Assembly: GCF_009914755.1 (NCBI RefSeq)
Contig: NC_060933.1
Length of the DNA: 64,000 nt
Direction: 5' to 3' (one strand)
Source: the human T2T-CHM13v2.0 reference genome, Homo sapiens
In this document: piece after piece, positions 43,201-57,093 of the stretch
Layout of the letters: every line of letters begins with the position of its first letter
How positions within the stretch are numbered: the stretch's first letter is position 1
The notes under the pieces: generated by a model
Told to the model about the DNA's origin: nothing
The model's database searches: none
What the model saw: the letters and a program-made list of their open reading frames with translations, nothing else
Position numbers and translations under genes: made by a program

Positions 43201-44668
43201 GAATGGAATGGAATAGAATGGAATGGAACGGAACGGAACGGAATGGAATGGAATGGAATGGAATGGAATCAACGCGAGTGCAGGGGAATGGAATGGAATG
43301 GAATGCAATGGAATGGAATCTTCCGGAATGGAATGGAATGGAATGGAATGGAATGGAATGGAATCAACTCGATTGCAATCGAATGGAATGGAATGGAATT
43401 AACCCGAATAGAATGGAATGGAATGGAATGGAACGGAACGTAATGGAATGGAATGGAATGGAATGGAATGGAATGGAATGGAACGGAACGGAATGGAATG
43501 GAATGGAATGGAATGGAATGGAATCAACTCGAGTGCAGGGGAATGGATTGGAATGGAATGCAATGGAATGGAATCTTCCGGAATGGAATGGAATGGAATG
43601 GAATGGAATGGAATGGAATGGAATGAAATGCAATGGGTTCAACTCGATTGCAATGGAATGGAATAGAATGGAGTGGAATGGAATGGAATGGAATTAATTC
43701 GAATAGAATGGAATGGAATGTAATGGAACGGAATATAACGGAATGGAATGGAATGGAATGGAATGGTATGGAATGGAATGGAATGGTACGGAATAGAATG
43801 GAATGGAACGAATTGTAATGGAATGGAATTGAATGGAATGGAATGGAATGGAATGGAATCAACGCGAGTGCAGGGGAATGTAATGGAACGGAATGCAATG
43901 GAATGGAATCATCCGCAATGGAATGGAATGGAATGGAATGGAATGGAATCAACCCGAGTGCAATGGAATGGAGTGGAATGGACTGGAATGGAATGGAACA
44001 ACCCGAATGGAATGGAATGTAATGGAGAGTAAGGGAGTTGAATAGAATCAATCCGAATGTAATGGAATGGAATGCAACGGAATGGAATGGAATGGAATGG
44101 AATGGAATGCAATGGAATTGAATCAACCCGAGTACAATGGAATGGAATGGAATGGAATGGAATGGAAGGGAATGGAATGGAATGGAATGATACGGAATAG
44201 AATGGAATGGAACGAAATGGAATGGAATGGAATGGAATGGAATGGAATGGAATGGAATGGAATGGAATCGTTCCGAGTGGAATAGGAGGGAATGTATTCG
44301 AGTGGAATGGAAAGGAATGGAATCAACCAGAGTGGAATGGAAGGGAATGGAATGGAATGGAAACTAATAGAATGGAATCAACCCGAGAGGAATGGAATGG
44401 AAAAGACTGGAATGGAATGGAATGGAAAGGAATCAACTCGATTGTAATGGAATGGAATGGAATGGAATGGAATTAACCCGAATAGAATGCAATGGAATGG
44501 AATGGAATGGAATGGAATGGAACGAAAAGGAAGGGAATGGAATGGAATAGAATGGAATGGAATGGAATCAACGCGAGTGCAAGGGAATGGAATGGAATGG
44601 AATGCAATGGAATGGAATCTTCCGGAATGGAATGGAATGGAATGGAATGGAATGGAATGGAATGGAAT
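37224..44668 (+). repeat. Unit A, copy 3 (5'-truncated by ~545 bp, with a 165-bp internal deletion)
   Basis: GGAAGGACAAGAATTGG at 40236 and CAACGTGAGT at 39284. Shares the GAGTGCAAGG allele (~44575) with copy 1 (24831). Confidence 0.85.
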
Positions 44669-47600
44669 CAACCCGAGTGCAATGGAATGGAGTGGAATGT
44701 AATGGAATGGAATGGAACAACCCGAATGGAATGGAATGTAATGGAGAGTAAGGGGGTTGAATAGAATGAATCCGAATGTAATGGAATGGAATGGAACGGA
44801 ATGGAATTGAATGGAATGGAATGGAATGCAATGGAATGGAATCAACCCGAGTGCAATGGAATGGAGAGGAATGGAATGGAATGGAATGGAAACTACCCGA
44901 ATGGAATGGAATGTAATGGAGTGTAAGGGAATTGAATACAATCAATCCGAAAGTAATGGAATGGAACGGAATGGAATGGAATGGAATGGAATGGAATGGA
45001 ATGGAATGGAATGCAATGGAATGGAATCAACCCGAGTGCAATCGAATGGAATCGAATGGAATGGAATGCAATGGAATGGATTCAACTTGAATGGAATGGA
45101 AAGAATGGAATCAACACGAGTGGAATGGCATGGATTGGAATGGAATGGAATGGAATCAACCCGAGTACAGGGGAATGGAATGGAATGGAATGCAATGGAA
45201 TGGAATCATCCGTAATGGAATGGAAAGGAATGGAATGGAATGGAATGGAATGGAATTCAATGGAATGGAATCATCCGTAATGGAATGGAAAGGAATGGAA
45301 TGGAATGGAATGGAATGGAATGGAATGGAATGGAATGGAATCAACTCGATTGCAATCGAATGGAATGGAATGGAATTAACCCGAATAGAATGGAATGGAA
45401 TGGAATGGAACGGAACGGAATGGAATGGAATGGAATGGAATGGAATGGAACGGAACGGAATGGAATGGAATGGAATGGAATGGAATGGAATCAACGCGAG
45501 TGCAGGGGAATGGAATGGAATGGAATGCAATGGAATGGAATCTTCCGGAATGGAATGGAATGGAATGGAATGGAATGAAATGCAATGGATTCAACTCGAT
45601 TGCAATGGAATGGAATAGAATGGAATGGAATGGAATGGAATGGAATTAATCCGAATAGAATGGAATGGAATGGAATGGAACGGAATGGAACGGAATGGAC
45701 TGGAATGGAATGGAATGGAATGGTATGGAATGGAATGGAATGGTACGGAATAGAATGGAATCGAACGAATTGTAATGGAATGGAATTGAATGGAATGGAA
45801 TGGAATGGAATGGAATCAACGCGAGTGCAGGGGAATGTAATGGAACGGAATGCAATGGAATGGAATCATCCGGAATGGAATGGAATGGAATGGAATGGAA
45901 TGGAATCAACCCGAGTGCAATGGAATGGAGTGGAATGGAATGGAATGGAACAACCCGAATGGAATGGAATGAAATGGAGAGTAAGGGAGTTGAATAGAAT
46001 CAATCCGAATGTAATGGAATGGAATGCAACGGAATGGAATGGAATGGAATGGAATGGAATGCAATGGAATTGAATCAACCCGAGTACAATGGAATGGAAT
46101 GGAATGGAATGGAATGGAATGGAATGGAATGGAATGGAATGGAATCGTTCCGAGTGGAATAGGAGGGAATGTATTCGAGTGGAATGGAAAGGAAAGGTAT
46201 CAACCAGAGTGGAATGGAAGGGAATGGAATGGAATGGAAACTAATAGAATGGAATCAACCCAAGTGGAATGGAATGGAAAGGACTGGAATGGAATGGAAT
46301 GGAATGGAATCAACTCGATTGTAATGGAATGGAATGGAATGGAATGCAATGGAATGGAATTAACCCGAATACAATGGAATGGAATGGAATGGAACGGAAT
46401 GGAGTGGAATGGAATGGAATCAACCCGAGTGCAGGAGAATGGAATGGAATGGAATGCAATGGAATGGAATCATCCGGAATGGAATGGAAAGGAATGGAAT
46501 GCAAAGCAATGGAATCAACTCGATTGCAATGGAATTAAATGGAATGGAAAGGAATACATTGGAATCAACCCGAGTGGAATGGAATGGAAAGGACTGGAAT
46601 GGAGTGGAATGGAATGGAATGGAATGGAATGGAATCAACTCGATTGGAATGGAATGGAATGGAATTAACCCGAATAGAATGGAATGGAATGGAATGGAAC
46701 GGAACGGAATGGAATGGAATGGAATGGAATGGAATGGAATGGATTAAACCCGAGTGCAATGGAATGGAGTGGAATGGAATGGAATGGAATGGAACAACCC
46801 GAATGGAATGGAATGTAATGGAGAGTAAGGGAGTTGAATAGAATCAATCCGAATGTAATGGAATGGAATGGAACGGAATGGAATTGAATGGAATGGAATG
46901 GAATGGAATCAACCCGAGTGCAATGGAATGGAGAGGAATGGAATGGAATGGAATGGAAACTACCCGAATGGAATGGAATGTAATGGAGTGTAACGGAATT
47001 GAATAGAATCAATCCGAATGGAATGGAATGGAATGGAACGGAATGGAATGGAATGGAATGGAATGGAATGGAATCGAATGGAATGGAATGCAATGGAATG
47101 GAATCAACCCGAGTGCAATCGAATGGAATCGAATGGAATGGAATGCAATGGAATGGATTCAACTTGAATTTAATGGAAAGAATGGAATCAACACGAGTGG
47201 AATGCCATGGATTGGAATGGAATGGAATGGAATCAACCCGAGTACAGGGGAATGGAATGGAATGGAATGCAATGGAATGGAATCATCCGTAATGGAATGG
47301 AAAGGAATGGAATGGAATGGAATGGAATGGAATGGAATGGAATCAACTCGATTGCAATCGAATGGAATGGAATGGAATTAACCCGAATAGAATGGAATGG
47401 AATGGAATGGAACGGAACGGAATGGAATGGAATGGAATGGAACGGTACGGAATGGAATGAGATGGAATGGAATGGAATGGAATCAACGTGAGTGCAGGGG
47501 AATGGAATGGAATTAAATGCAATGGAATGGATTCAACTTGAATGGAATGGAAAGAATGGAATCAACACGAGTGGAATGGCATGGATTGGAATGGAATGGA

Positions 47601-50600
47601 ATGGAATCAACCCGAGTACATGGGAATGGAATGGAATGGAATGCAATGGAATGGAATCATCCGTAATGGAATGGAAAGGAATGGAATGGAATGGAATGGA
47701 ATGGAATAGAATGGAATGGAATCAACTCGATTGCAATCGAATGGAATGGAATGGAATTAACCCGAATAGAATGGAATGGAATGGAATGGAACGGAACGGA
47801 ACGGAATGGAATGGATTGGAATGGAATGGAATGGAATGGAATGGAACGGAAAGGAATGGAATGGAATGGAATGGAATGGAATGGAATCAACGCGAGTTCA
47901 GGGGAATGGAATGGAATGGAATGCAATGGAATGGAATCTTCCGGAATGGAATGGAATGGAATGGAATGGAATGGAATGGAATGGAATAAACCCGAGTGCA
48001 ATGGAATGGAGTGGAATGGAATGGAATGGAATGGAACAACCCGAATGGAATGGAATGTAATGGAGAGTAAGGGAGTTGAATAGAATCAATCTGAATGTAA
48101 TGGAAAGGAATGGAACGGAATGGAATTGAATGGAATGTAATGGAATGGAATCAACCCGAGTGCAATGGAATGGAGAGGAATGGAATGGAATGGAATGGAA
48201 ACTACCCGAATGGAATGGAATGTAATGGAGTGTAAGGGAATTGAATAGAATCAATCCGAATGTAATGGAATGGAATGGAACGGAATGGAATGGGATGGAA
48301 TGGAATGGAATGGAATGGAATGCAACGGAATGGAATCAACCCGAGTGCAATCGAATGGAATCCAATGGAATGGAATGCAATGGAATGGATTCAACTTGAA
48401 TGGAATGGAAAGAATGGAATCAACACGAGTGGAAGGACAAGAATTGGAATGGAATGGAATGGAATCAACCCGAGTACAGGGGAATGGAATGGAATGGAAT
48501 GCAATGGAATGGAATCATCCGAAATGGAATGGAAAGGAATGGAATGGAATGGAATGGAATGGAATCAACTCGATTGCAATCGAATGGAATGGAATGGAAT
48601 TAACCCGAATAGAATGGAATGGAATGGAATGGAACGGAACGGAATGGAATGGAATGGAATAGAATGGAATGGAACGGAACGGAACGGAATGGATGGAATG
48701 GAATGGAATGGAATGGAATGGAATCAACGCGAGTGCAGGGGAATGGAATGGAATGGAATGCAATGGAATGGAATCTTCCGGAATGGAATGGAATGGAATG
48801 GAATGAAATGCAATGGATTCAACTCGATTGCAATGCAATGGAATAGAATGGAATGGAATGGAATGGAATGGAATGGAATTAACCCGTATAGAATGGAATG
48901 GAATGGAATGGAACGGAATGGAACGGAATGGAATGGAATGGAATGGAATGGTATGGTATGGAATGGAATGGAATGGTACGGAATAGAATGGAATGGAACG
49001 AATTGTAATGGAATGGAATTGAATGGAATGGAATGGAATGGAATGGAATCAACGCGAGTGCAGGGGAATGTAATGGAACGGAATGCAATCGAATGGAATC
49101 ATCCGGAATGGAATGGAATGGAATGGAATGGAATGGAATTAATCTGAATAGAATGGAATGGAATGGAATGGAACAGAATGGAACGGAATGGAATGGAATG
49201 GAATGGAATGGAATGGAATGGTATGGAATGGAACGGAATGCTACGGAATAGAATGTTATGGAACGAATTGTAATGGAATGGAATTGAATGGAATGGAATG
49301 GAATGGAATGGAATGGAATCAACCCGACTGCAGGGGAATGGAATGGAATGGAATGCAATGGAATGGATTCAACTTGAATGGAATGGAAAGAATGGTATCA
49401 ACACGAGTGGAATGGCATGGATTGGAATGGAATGGAATGGAATCAACCCGAGTACAGGGGAATGGAATGGAATGGAATGCAATGGAATGGAATCATCCGT
49501 AATGAAATGGAAAGGAATGGAATGGAATGGAATGGAATGGAATGGAATGGAATGGAATCAACTCGATTGCAATCGAATGGAATGGAATGGAATTAACCCG
49601 AATAGAATGGAATGGAATGGAATGGAACGGAACGGAACGGAATGGAATGGAATGGAATGGAATGGAACGGAAAGGAATGGAATGAAATGGAATGGAATGG
49701 AATGGAATGGAATCAAAGCGAGTGCAGGGGAATGGAATGGAATGGAATGCAATGGAATGGAATCTTCCGGAATGGAACGGAATGGAATGGAATGGAATGG
49801 AATGGAATGGAATGGAATAAACCCGAGTGCAATGGAATGGAGTGGAATGGAATGGAATGGAATGGAACAACCCGAATGGAATGGAATGTAATGGAGAGTA
49901 AGGGAGTTGAATAGAATCAATCCGAATGTAATGGAATGGAATGGAACGGAATGGAATTGAATGGAATGGAATGGAATGCAATGGAATGGAATCAACCCGA
50001 GTTCAATGGAATGGAGAGGAATGGAATGGAATTTAATGGAAACTACCCGAATGGAATGGAATGTAATGGAGTGTAAGGGAATTGAATAGAATCAATCCGA
50101 ATGTAATGGAATGGAATGAAACGGAATGGAATGGAATGGAATGGAATGGAATGGATTGGAATGGAATTGAACGGAATGGAATGGAATGGAATGGAATGGA
50201 TTGGAATGGAATGGAATGCAATGGAATGGAATCAACCCGAGTGCAATCGAATGGAATCGAATGGAAAAGAATGCAATGGAATGGATTCAACTTGAATGGA
50301 ATGGAAAGAATGGAATCAACACGAGTGGAATGGCATGGATTGGAATGGAATGGAATGGAATCAACCCGAGTACAGGGGAATGGAATGGAATGGAATGCAA
50401 TGGAATGGAATCATCCGTAATGGAATGGAAAGGAATGGAATTGAATGGAATGGAATGGAATGGAATGGAATGGAATCAACTCGATTGCAATCGAATGGAA
50501 TGGAATGGAATTAACCCGAATAGAATGGAATGGAATGGAATGGAATGGAACGGAACGGAATGGAATGGAATGGAATGGAATGGAATGGAATGGAACGGAA

Positions 50601-52858
50601 AGGAAGGGAATGGAATGGAATAGAATGGAATGGAATGGAATCAACGCGAGTGCAGGGGAATGGAATGGAATGGAATGCAATGGAATGGAATCTTCCGGAA
50701 TGGAATGGAATGGAATGGAATGGAATCAACCCGAGTGCAATGGAATGGAGTGGAATGGAATGGAATGGAATGGAACAACCCGAAAGGAATGGAATGTAAT
50801 GGAGAGTAAGGGAGTTGAATAGAATCAATCCGAATGTAATGGAACGGAATGGAACGGAATGGAATTGAATGGAATGGAATGGAATGCAATGGAATGGAAT
50901 CAACCCGAGTGCAATGGAATGGAGAGGAATGGAATGGAATTGAATGGAAACTACCCGAATGGAATGGAATGTAATGGAGTGTAAGGGAATTGAATAGAAT
51001 CAATTCGAATGTAATGGAATGGAATGGAATGGAATGGAATGGAATGGAATGGAATGGAATAGAATGGAATGGAATGCAATGGAATGGAATCAACCCGAGT
51101 GCAATCGAATGGAATCGAATGGAATGGAATGCAATGGAATGGATTCAACTTGAATGGAATGGAAAGAATGGAATCAACACGAGTGGAATGGCATGGATTG
51201 GAATGGAATGGAATGGAATCAACCCGAGTACAGGGGAATGGAATGGAATGGAATGCAATGGAATGGAATCATCCGTAATGGAATGGAAAGGAATGGAATG
51301 GAATGGAATGGAATGGAATCAACTCGATTGCAATCGAATGGAATGGAATGGAATTAACCCGAATAGAATGGAATGGAATGGAATGGAACGGAACGGAATG
51401 GAATGGAATGGAATAGAATGGAATGGAACGGAACGGAACGGAATGGAATGGAATGGAATGGAATGGAATCAACGCGAGTGCAGGGGAATGGAATGGAATG
51501 GAATGCAATGGAATGGAATCTTCCGGAATGGAATGGAATGGAATGGAATGGAATGGAATGGAATCAACTCGATTGCAATCGAATGGAATGGAATGGAATT
51601 AACCCGAATAGAATGGAATGGAATGGAATGGAACGGAACGTAATGGAATGGAATGGAATGGAATGGAATGGAATGGAATGGAACGGAACGGAATGGAATG
51701 GAATGGAATGGAATGGAATGGAATCAACTCGAGTGCAGGGGAATGGATTGGAATGGAATGCAATGGAATGGAATCTTCCGGAATGGAATGGAATGGAATG
51801 GAATGGAATGAAATGCAATGGGTTCAACTCGATTGCAATGGAATGGAATAGAATGGAGTGGAATGGAATGGAATGGAATTAATTCGAATAGAATGGAATG
51901 GAATGTAATGGAACGGAATATAACGGAATGGAATGGAATGGAATGGAATGGTATGGAATGGAATGGAATGGTACGGAATAGAATGGAATGGAACGAATTG
52001 TAATGGAATGGAATTGAATGGAATGGAATGGAATGGAATGGAATCAACGCGAGTGCAGGGGAATGTAATGGAACGGAATGCAATGGAATGGAATCATCCG
52101 CAATGGAATGGAATGGAATGGAATGGAATGGAATCAACCCGAGTGCAATGGAATGGAGTGGAATGGACTGGAATGGAATGGAACAACCCGAATGGAATGG
52201 AATGTAATGGAGAGTAAGGGAGTTGAATAGAATCAATCCGAATGTAATGGAATGGAATGCAACGGAATGGAATGGAATGGAATGGAATGGAATGCAATGG
52301 AATTGAATCAACCCGAGTACAATGGAATGGAATGGAATGGAATGGAATGGAATGGAAGGGAATGGAATGGAATGGAATGATACGGAATAGAATGGAATGG
52401 AACGAAATGGAATGGAATGGAATGGAATGGAATGGAATGGAATGGAATGGAATCGTTCCGAGTGGAATAGGAGGGAATGTATTCGAGTGGAATGGAAAGG
52501 AATGGAATCAACCAGAGTGGAATGGAAGGGAATGGAATGGAATGGAAACTAATAGAATGGAATCAACCCGAGAGGAATGGAATGGAAAAGACTGGAATGG
52601 AATGGAATGGAAAGGAATCAACTCGATTGTAATGGAATGGAATGGAATGGAATGGAATTAACCCGAATAGAATGGAATGGAATGGAATGGAATGGAATGG
52701 AATGGAACGAAAAGGAAGGGAATGGAATGGAATAGAATGGAATGGAATGGAATCAACGCGAGTGCAGGGGAATGGAATGGAATGGAATGCAATGGAATGG
52801 AATCTTCCGGAATGGAATGGAATGGAATGGAATGGAATGGAATGGAATGGAATGGAAT
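44669..52858 (+). repeat. Unit A, copy 4 (8190 bp)
   Basis: GGAAGGACAAGAATTGG at 48431. Shares the TAACCCGTAT, GGTATCAACAC and CAACCCGAAAGG alleles with copy 2. Confidence 0.88.
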
Positions 52859-55800
52859 CAACCCGAGTGCAATGGAATGGAGTGGAATGTAATGGAATGG
52901 AATGGAACAACCCGAATGGAATGGAATGTAATGGAGAGTAAGGGAGTTGAATAGAATGAATCCGAATGTAATGGAATGGAATGGAACGGAATGGAATTGA
53001 ATGGAATGGAATGGAATGCAATGGAATGGAATCAACCCGATGTCAATGGAATGGAATGGAATGGAATGGAATGGAATGGAATGGAATGGAATGATACGGA
53101 ATAGAATGGAATGGAACGAAATGGAATGGAATGGAATGGAATGGAAGGGAATGGAATGGAATGGAATGGAATGGAATGGAATGATACGGAATAGAATGGA
53201 ATGGAACGAAATGGAATGGAATGGAATGGAATGGAAGGGAATGGAATGGAATGGAATAATACGGAATAGAATGGAATGGAACGAAATGGAATGGAATGGA
53301 ATGGAATGGAATGGAATGGAATGGAATGGAATGGAATGGAATCGTTACGAGTGGAATAGGAGGGAATGTATTCGAGTGGAATGGAAAGGAATGGAATCAA
53401 CCAGAGTGGAATGGAAGGGAATGGAATGGAATGGAAACTAATAGAGTGGAATCAACCCGAGAGGAATGGAATGGAAAAGACTGGAATGGAATGGAATGGA
53501 ATGGAATCAACTCGATTGTAATGGAATGGAATGGAATGGAAAGGAATTAACCCGAATAGAATGGAATAGAATGGAATGGAATGGAATGGAACGAAAAGGA
53601 AGGGAATGGAATGGAATAGAATGGAATGGAATGGAATCAACGCGAGTGCAGGGGAATGGAATGGAATGGAATGCAATGGAATGGAATCTTCCGGAATGGA
53701 ATGGAATGGAATGGAATGGAATGGAATGGAATCAACCCGAGTGCAATGGAATGGAGTGGAATGGAATGGAATGGAATGGAACAACCCGAATGGAATGGAA
53801 TGTAATGGAGAGTAAGGGAGTTGAATAGAATGAATCCGAATGTAATGGATTGGAATGGAACGGAACGGAACGGAATGGAATGGAATGGAATGGAATGGAA
53901 TGGAATCAACTCGAGTGCAGGGGAATGTATTGGAATGGAATGCAATGGAATGGAATCTTCCGGAATGGAATGGAATGGAATGGAATGGAATGAAATGCAA
54001 TGGGTTCAACTCGATTGCAATGGAATGGAATAGAATGGAATGGAATGGAATGGAATGGAATTAATTCGAATAGAATGGAATGGAATGTAATGGAACGGAA
54101 TGGAACGGAATGGAATGGAATGGAATGGAATGGTATGGAACGGCATGGAATGGTACGGAATAGAATGGAATGGAACGAATTGTAATGGAATGGAATTGAA
54201 TGGAATGGAATGGAATGGAATGGAATCAACGCGAGTGCAGGGGAATGTAATGGAACGGAATGCAATGGAATGGAATCATCCGCAATGGAATGGAATGGAA
54301 TGGAATGGAATGGAATCAACCCGAGTGCAATGGAATGGAGTGGAATGGAATGGAATGGAATGGAACAACCCGAATGGAATGGAATGTAATGGAGAGTAAG
54401 GGAGTTGAATAGAATCAATCCGAATGTAATGGAATGGAATGCAACGGAATGGAATGGAATGGAATGGAATGGAATGGAATGGAATGGAATGCAATGGAAT
54501 TAACCCGAATAAAATGGAATGGAATGGAATGGAACGGAATGGAGTGGAATGGAATGGAATCAACCCGAGTGCAGGGGAATCTAATGGAATGGAATGCAAT
54601 GGAATGGTATCATCCGGAATGGAATGGAATGCAAAGCAATGGAATCAACTCGATTGCAATGGAATGGAATGGAATGGAAGGGAATACATTGGAATCAACC
54701 CGAGTGGAATGGAATGGAAAGGACTGGAATGCAGTGGAATGGAATGGAATGGAATGGAATGGAATCAACTCGATTGGAATGGAATGGAATGGAATGGAAT
54801 GGAATTAACCCGAATACAATGGAATGGAATGGAATGGAACGGAACGGAACGGAATGGAATGGAATGGAATGGAATGGAATGGAATGGAATCAACCCGACT
54901 GCAGGGGAATGGGATGGAATGGAAGGCAATGGAATGGATTCAACTTGAACGGAATGGAAAGAATGGAATCAACACGAGTGGAATGGCATGGATTGGAATG
55001 GAATGGAATGGAATCAACCCGAGTACAGGGGAATGGAATGGAATGCAATGCAATGGAATGGAATCATCCGTAATGGAATGGAAAGGAATGGAATGGAATG
55101 GAATGGAATGGAATGGAATGGAATCAACTCGATTGCAATCGAATGGAATGGAATGGAATTAACCCGAATAGAATGGAATGGAATGGAATGGAACGGAACG
55201 GAACGGAATGGAACGGAACGGAGTGGAATGGAATGGAATGGAATTGTATGGAATGGAATGGCATGGTACGGAATAGAATGGAATGGAAAGAATTGGAATG
55301 GAATGGAATCGTATGGAATGGAATGGAATGGAATGGAATCAACCCGAGTACAGGGGAATGTAATTCAAAAGAATGCAATGGAATGGAACCATCCGGAATG
55401 GAATGGAATGGAATGGAATGGAATGGAATGGAATGGAATCAACCCGAGTGCAATGGAATGGAGTGGAATGGAATGGAATGGAATGGAACAACCCGAATGG
55501 AATGGAATGTAATGGAGAGTAAGGGAGTTGAATAGAATCACTCCGAATGTAATGGAATGGAACAGAATGGAATGGAATGGAATGGAATGGAATGGAATGG
55601 AATGGAATGCAATGGAATGGAATCAACCCGAGTACAATGGAACGGAATGTAATGGAATGGAATGGAATGGAATGGAATGGAATGGAATGGAATGGAATGG
55701 AATGGAATCAACCCGAGTGCAATGGAATGGAGAGGAATGGAATGGAATGGAATGGAAACTACCCGAATGGAATGGAATGTAATGGAGCGTAAGGGAATTG

Positions 55801-57093
55801 AATAGAATCAATCCGAATGGAATGGAATGGAATGGAACGGAATGTAATGGAATGGAATGAAATGGAATCAACCCGAGTGCAGGTGAATGGAATGGAATGG
55901 AATGCAATGGAATGGAATCATCCGGAATGGAATGGAATGGAATGCAATGGAATGGAATGGAATGGAATCAACCCGAGTGCAATGGAATGGAGTGAAATGG
56001 AATGGAATGGAATGGAAACAACCAGAATGGATTGGAATATATTGGAGTGTAAGGGAATGGAATAGAATCAATCTGAATGTAATGAAATGGAATGGAACGG
56101 AATGGAATGGAATGGAATGGAATGCAATGGAATGGAATCAACCCGAGTGCAATCGAATGGAATCGAATGGAATGGAATGCAATGGAATGGATTCAACTTG
56201 AATGGAAAGGAAAGAATGGAATCAACACGAGTGGAATGGCATGGATTGGAATGGAATGGAATGGAATCAACCCGAGTACAGGGTAATGGAATGGAATGGA
56301 ATGCAATAGAATGGAATCATCAGTAATGGAATGGAAAGGAATGGAAAGGACTGGAATGGAATGGAATGGAATGGAATGGAATGGAATCAACTCGATTGCA
56401 ATCGAATGGTATGGAATGGAATGGAATCAACTCGATTGCAATCGAATGGAATGGAATGGAATTAACCCGAATAGAATGGAATGGAATGGTATGGAACGGA
56501 ACGGAATGGAATGGAATGGAATGGAATGGAACGGAAAGGAATGGAATGGAATGGAATGGAATGGAATGGAATGGAATGGAATGGAATGGAATCAACGCGC
56601 GTGCAGGGGAATGGAATGGAATCGAATGGAATGGAAAGGAATGGAATGGAATCAACCCGAGTGCAGGGGAATGTAATGGAACGGAATGCAATGGAATGGA
56701 ATCATCCGGAATGGAATGGAATGGAATCAACCCGAGTGCAATGGAATGGAGTGGAATGGAATGGAATGGAATGGAACAACCCGAATGGAATGGAATGTAA
56801 TGGAGAGTAAGGGAGTTGAAAAGAATCAATCCGAATGTAATGGAATGGAATGGAACGGAATGGAATGGAATGGAATGGAATGCAATGGAATGGAATCAAC
56901 CCGAGTACAATGGAATGGAATGGAATGGAATGGAATGGAATGGAATGGAATGCAATGGAATGGAAGCTTCCGGAATGGAATGGAATGGAATGGAATGGAA
57001 TGCAATGGATTCAACTCGATTGCAATGGAATGGAATAGAATGGAATGGATTGGAATGGAATGGAATGGAAGGGAATGGAATTAAACCGAATAG
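52859..57093 (+). repeat. Segment B, copy 2
   Basis: CAACCCGATGTCAAT at 53033, CGTTACGAG at 53343, GGAAGCTTCC at 56962. Confidence 0.85.

Larger units (their letters stand above)
37224..57093 (+). repeat. ~19.87 kb super-unit (A-A-B), copy 2
   Basis: Collinear with 17345-37223. It differs by scattered SNVs, pentamer-count changes, a 165-bp deletion (38747) and a 65-bp duplication (45207/45272). Confidence 0.9.
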
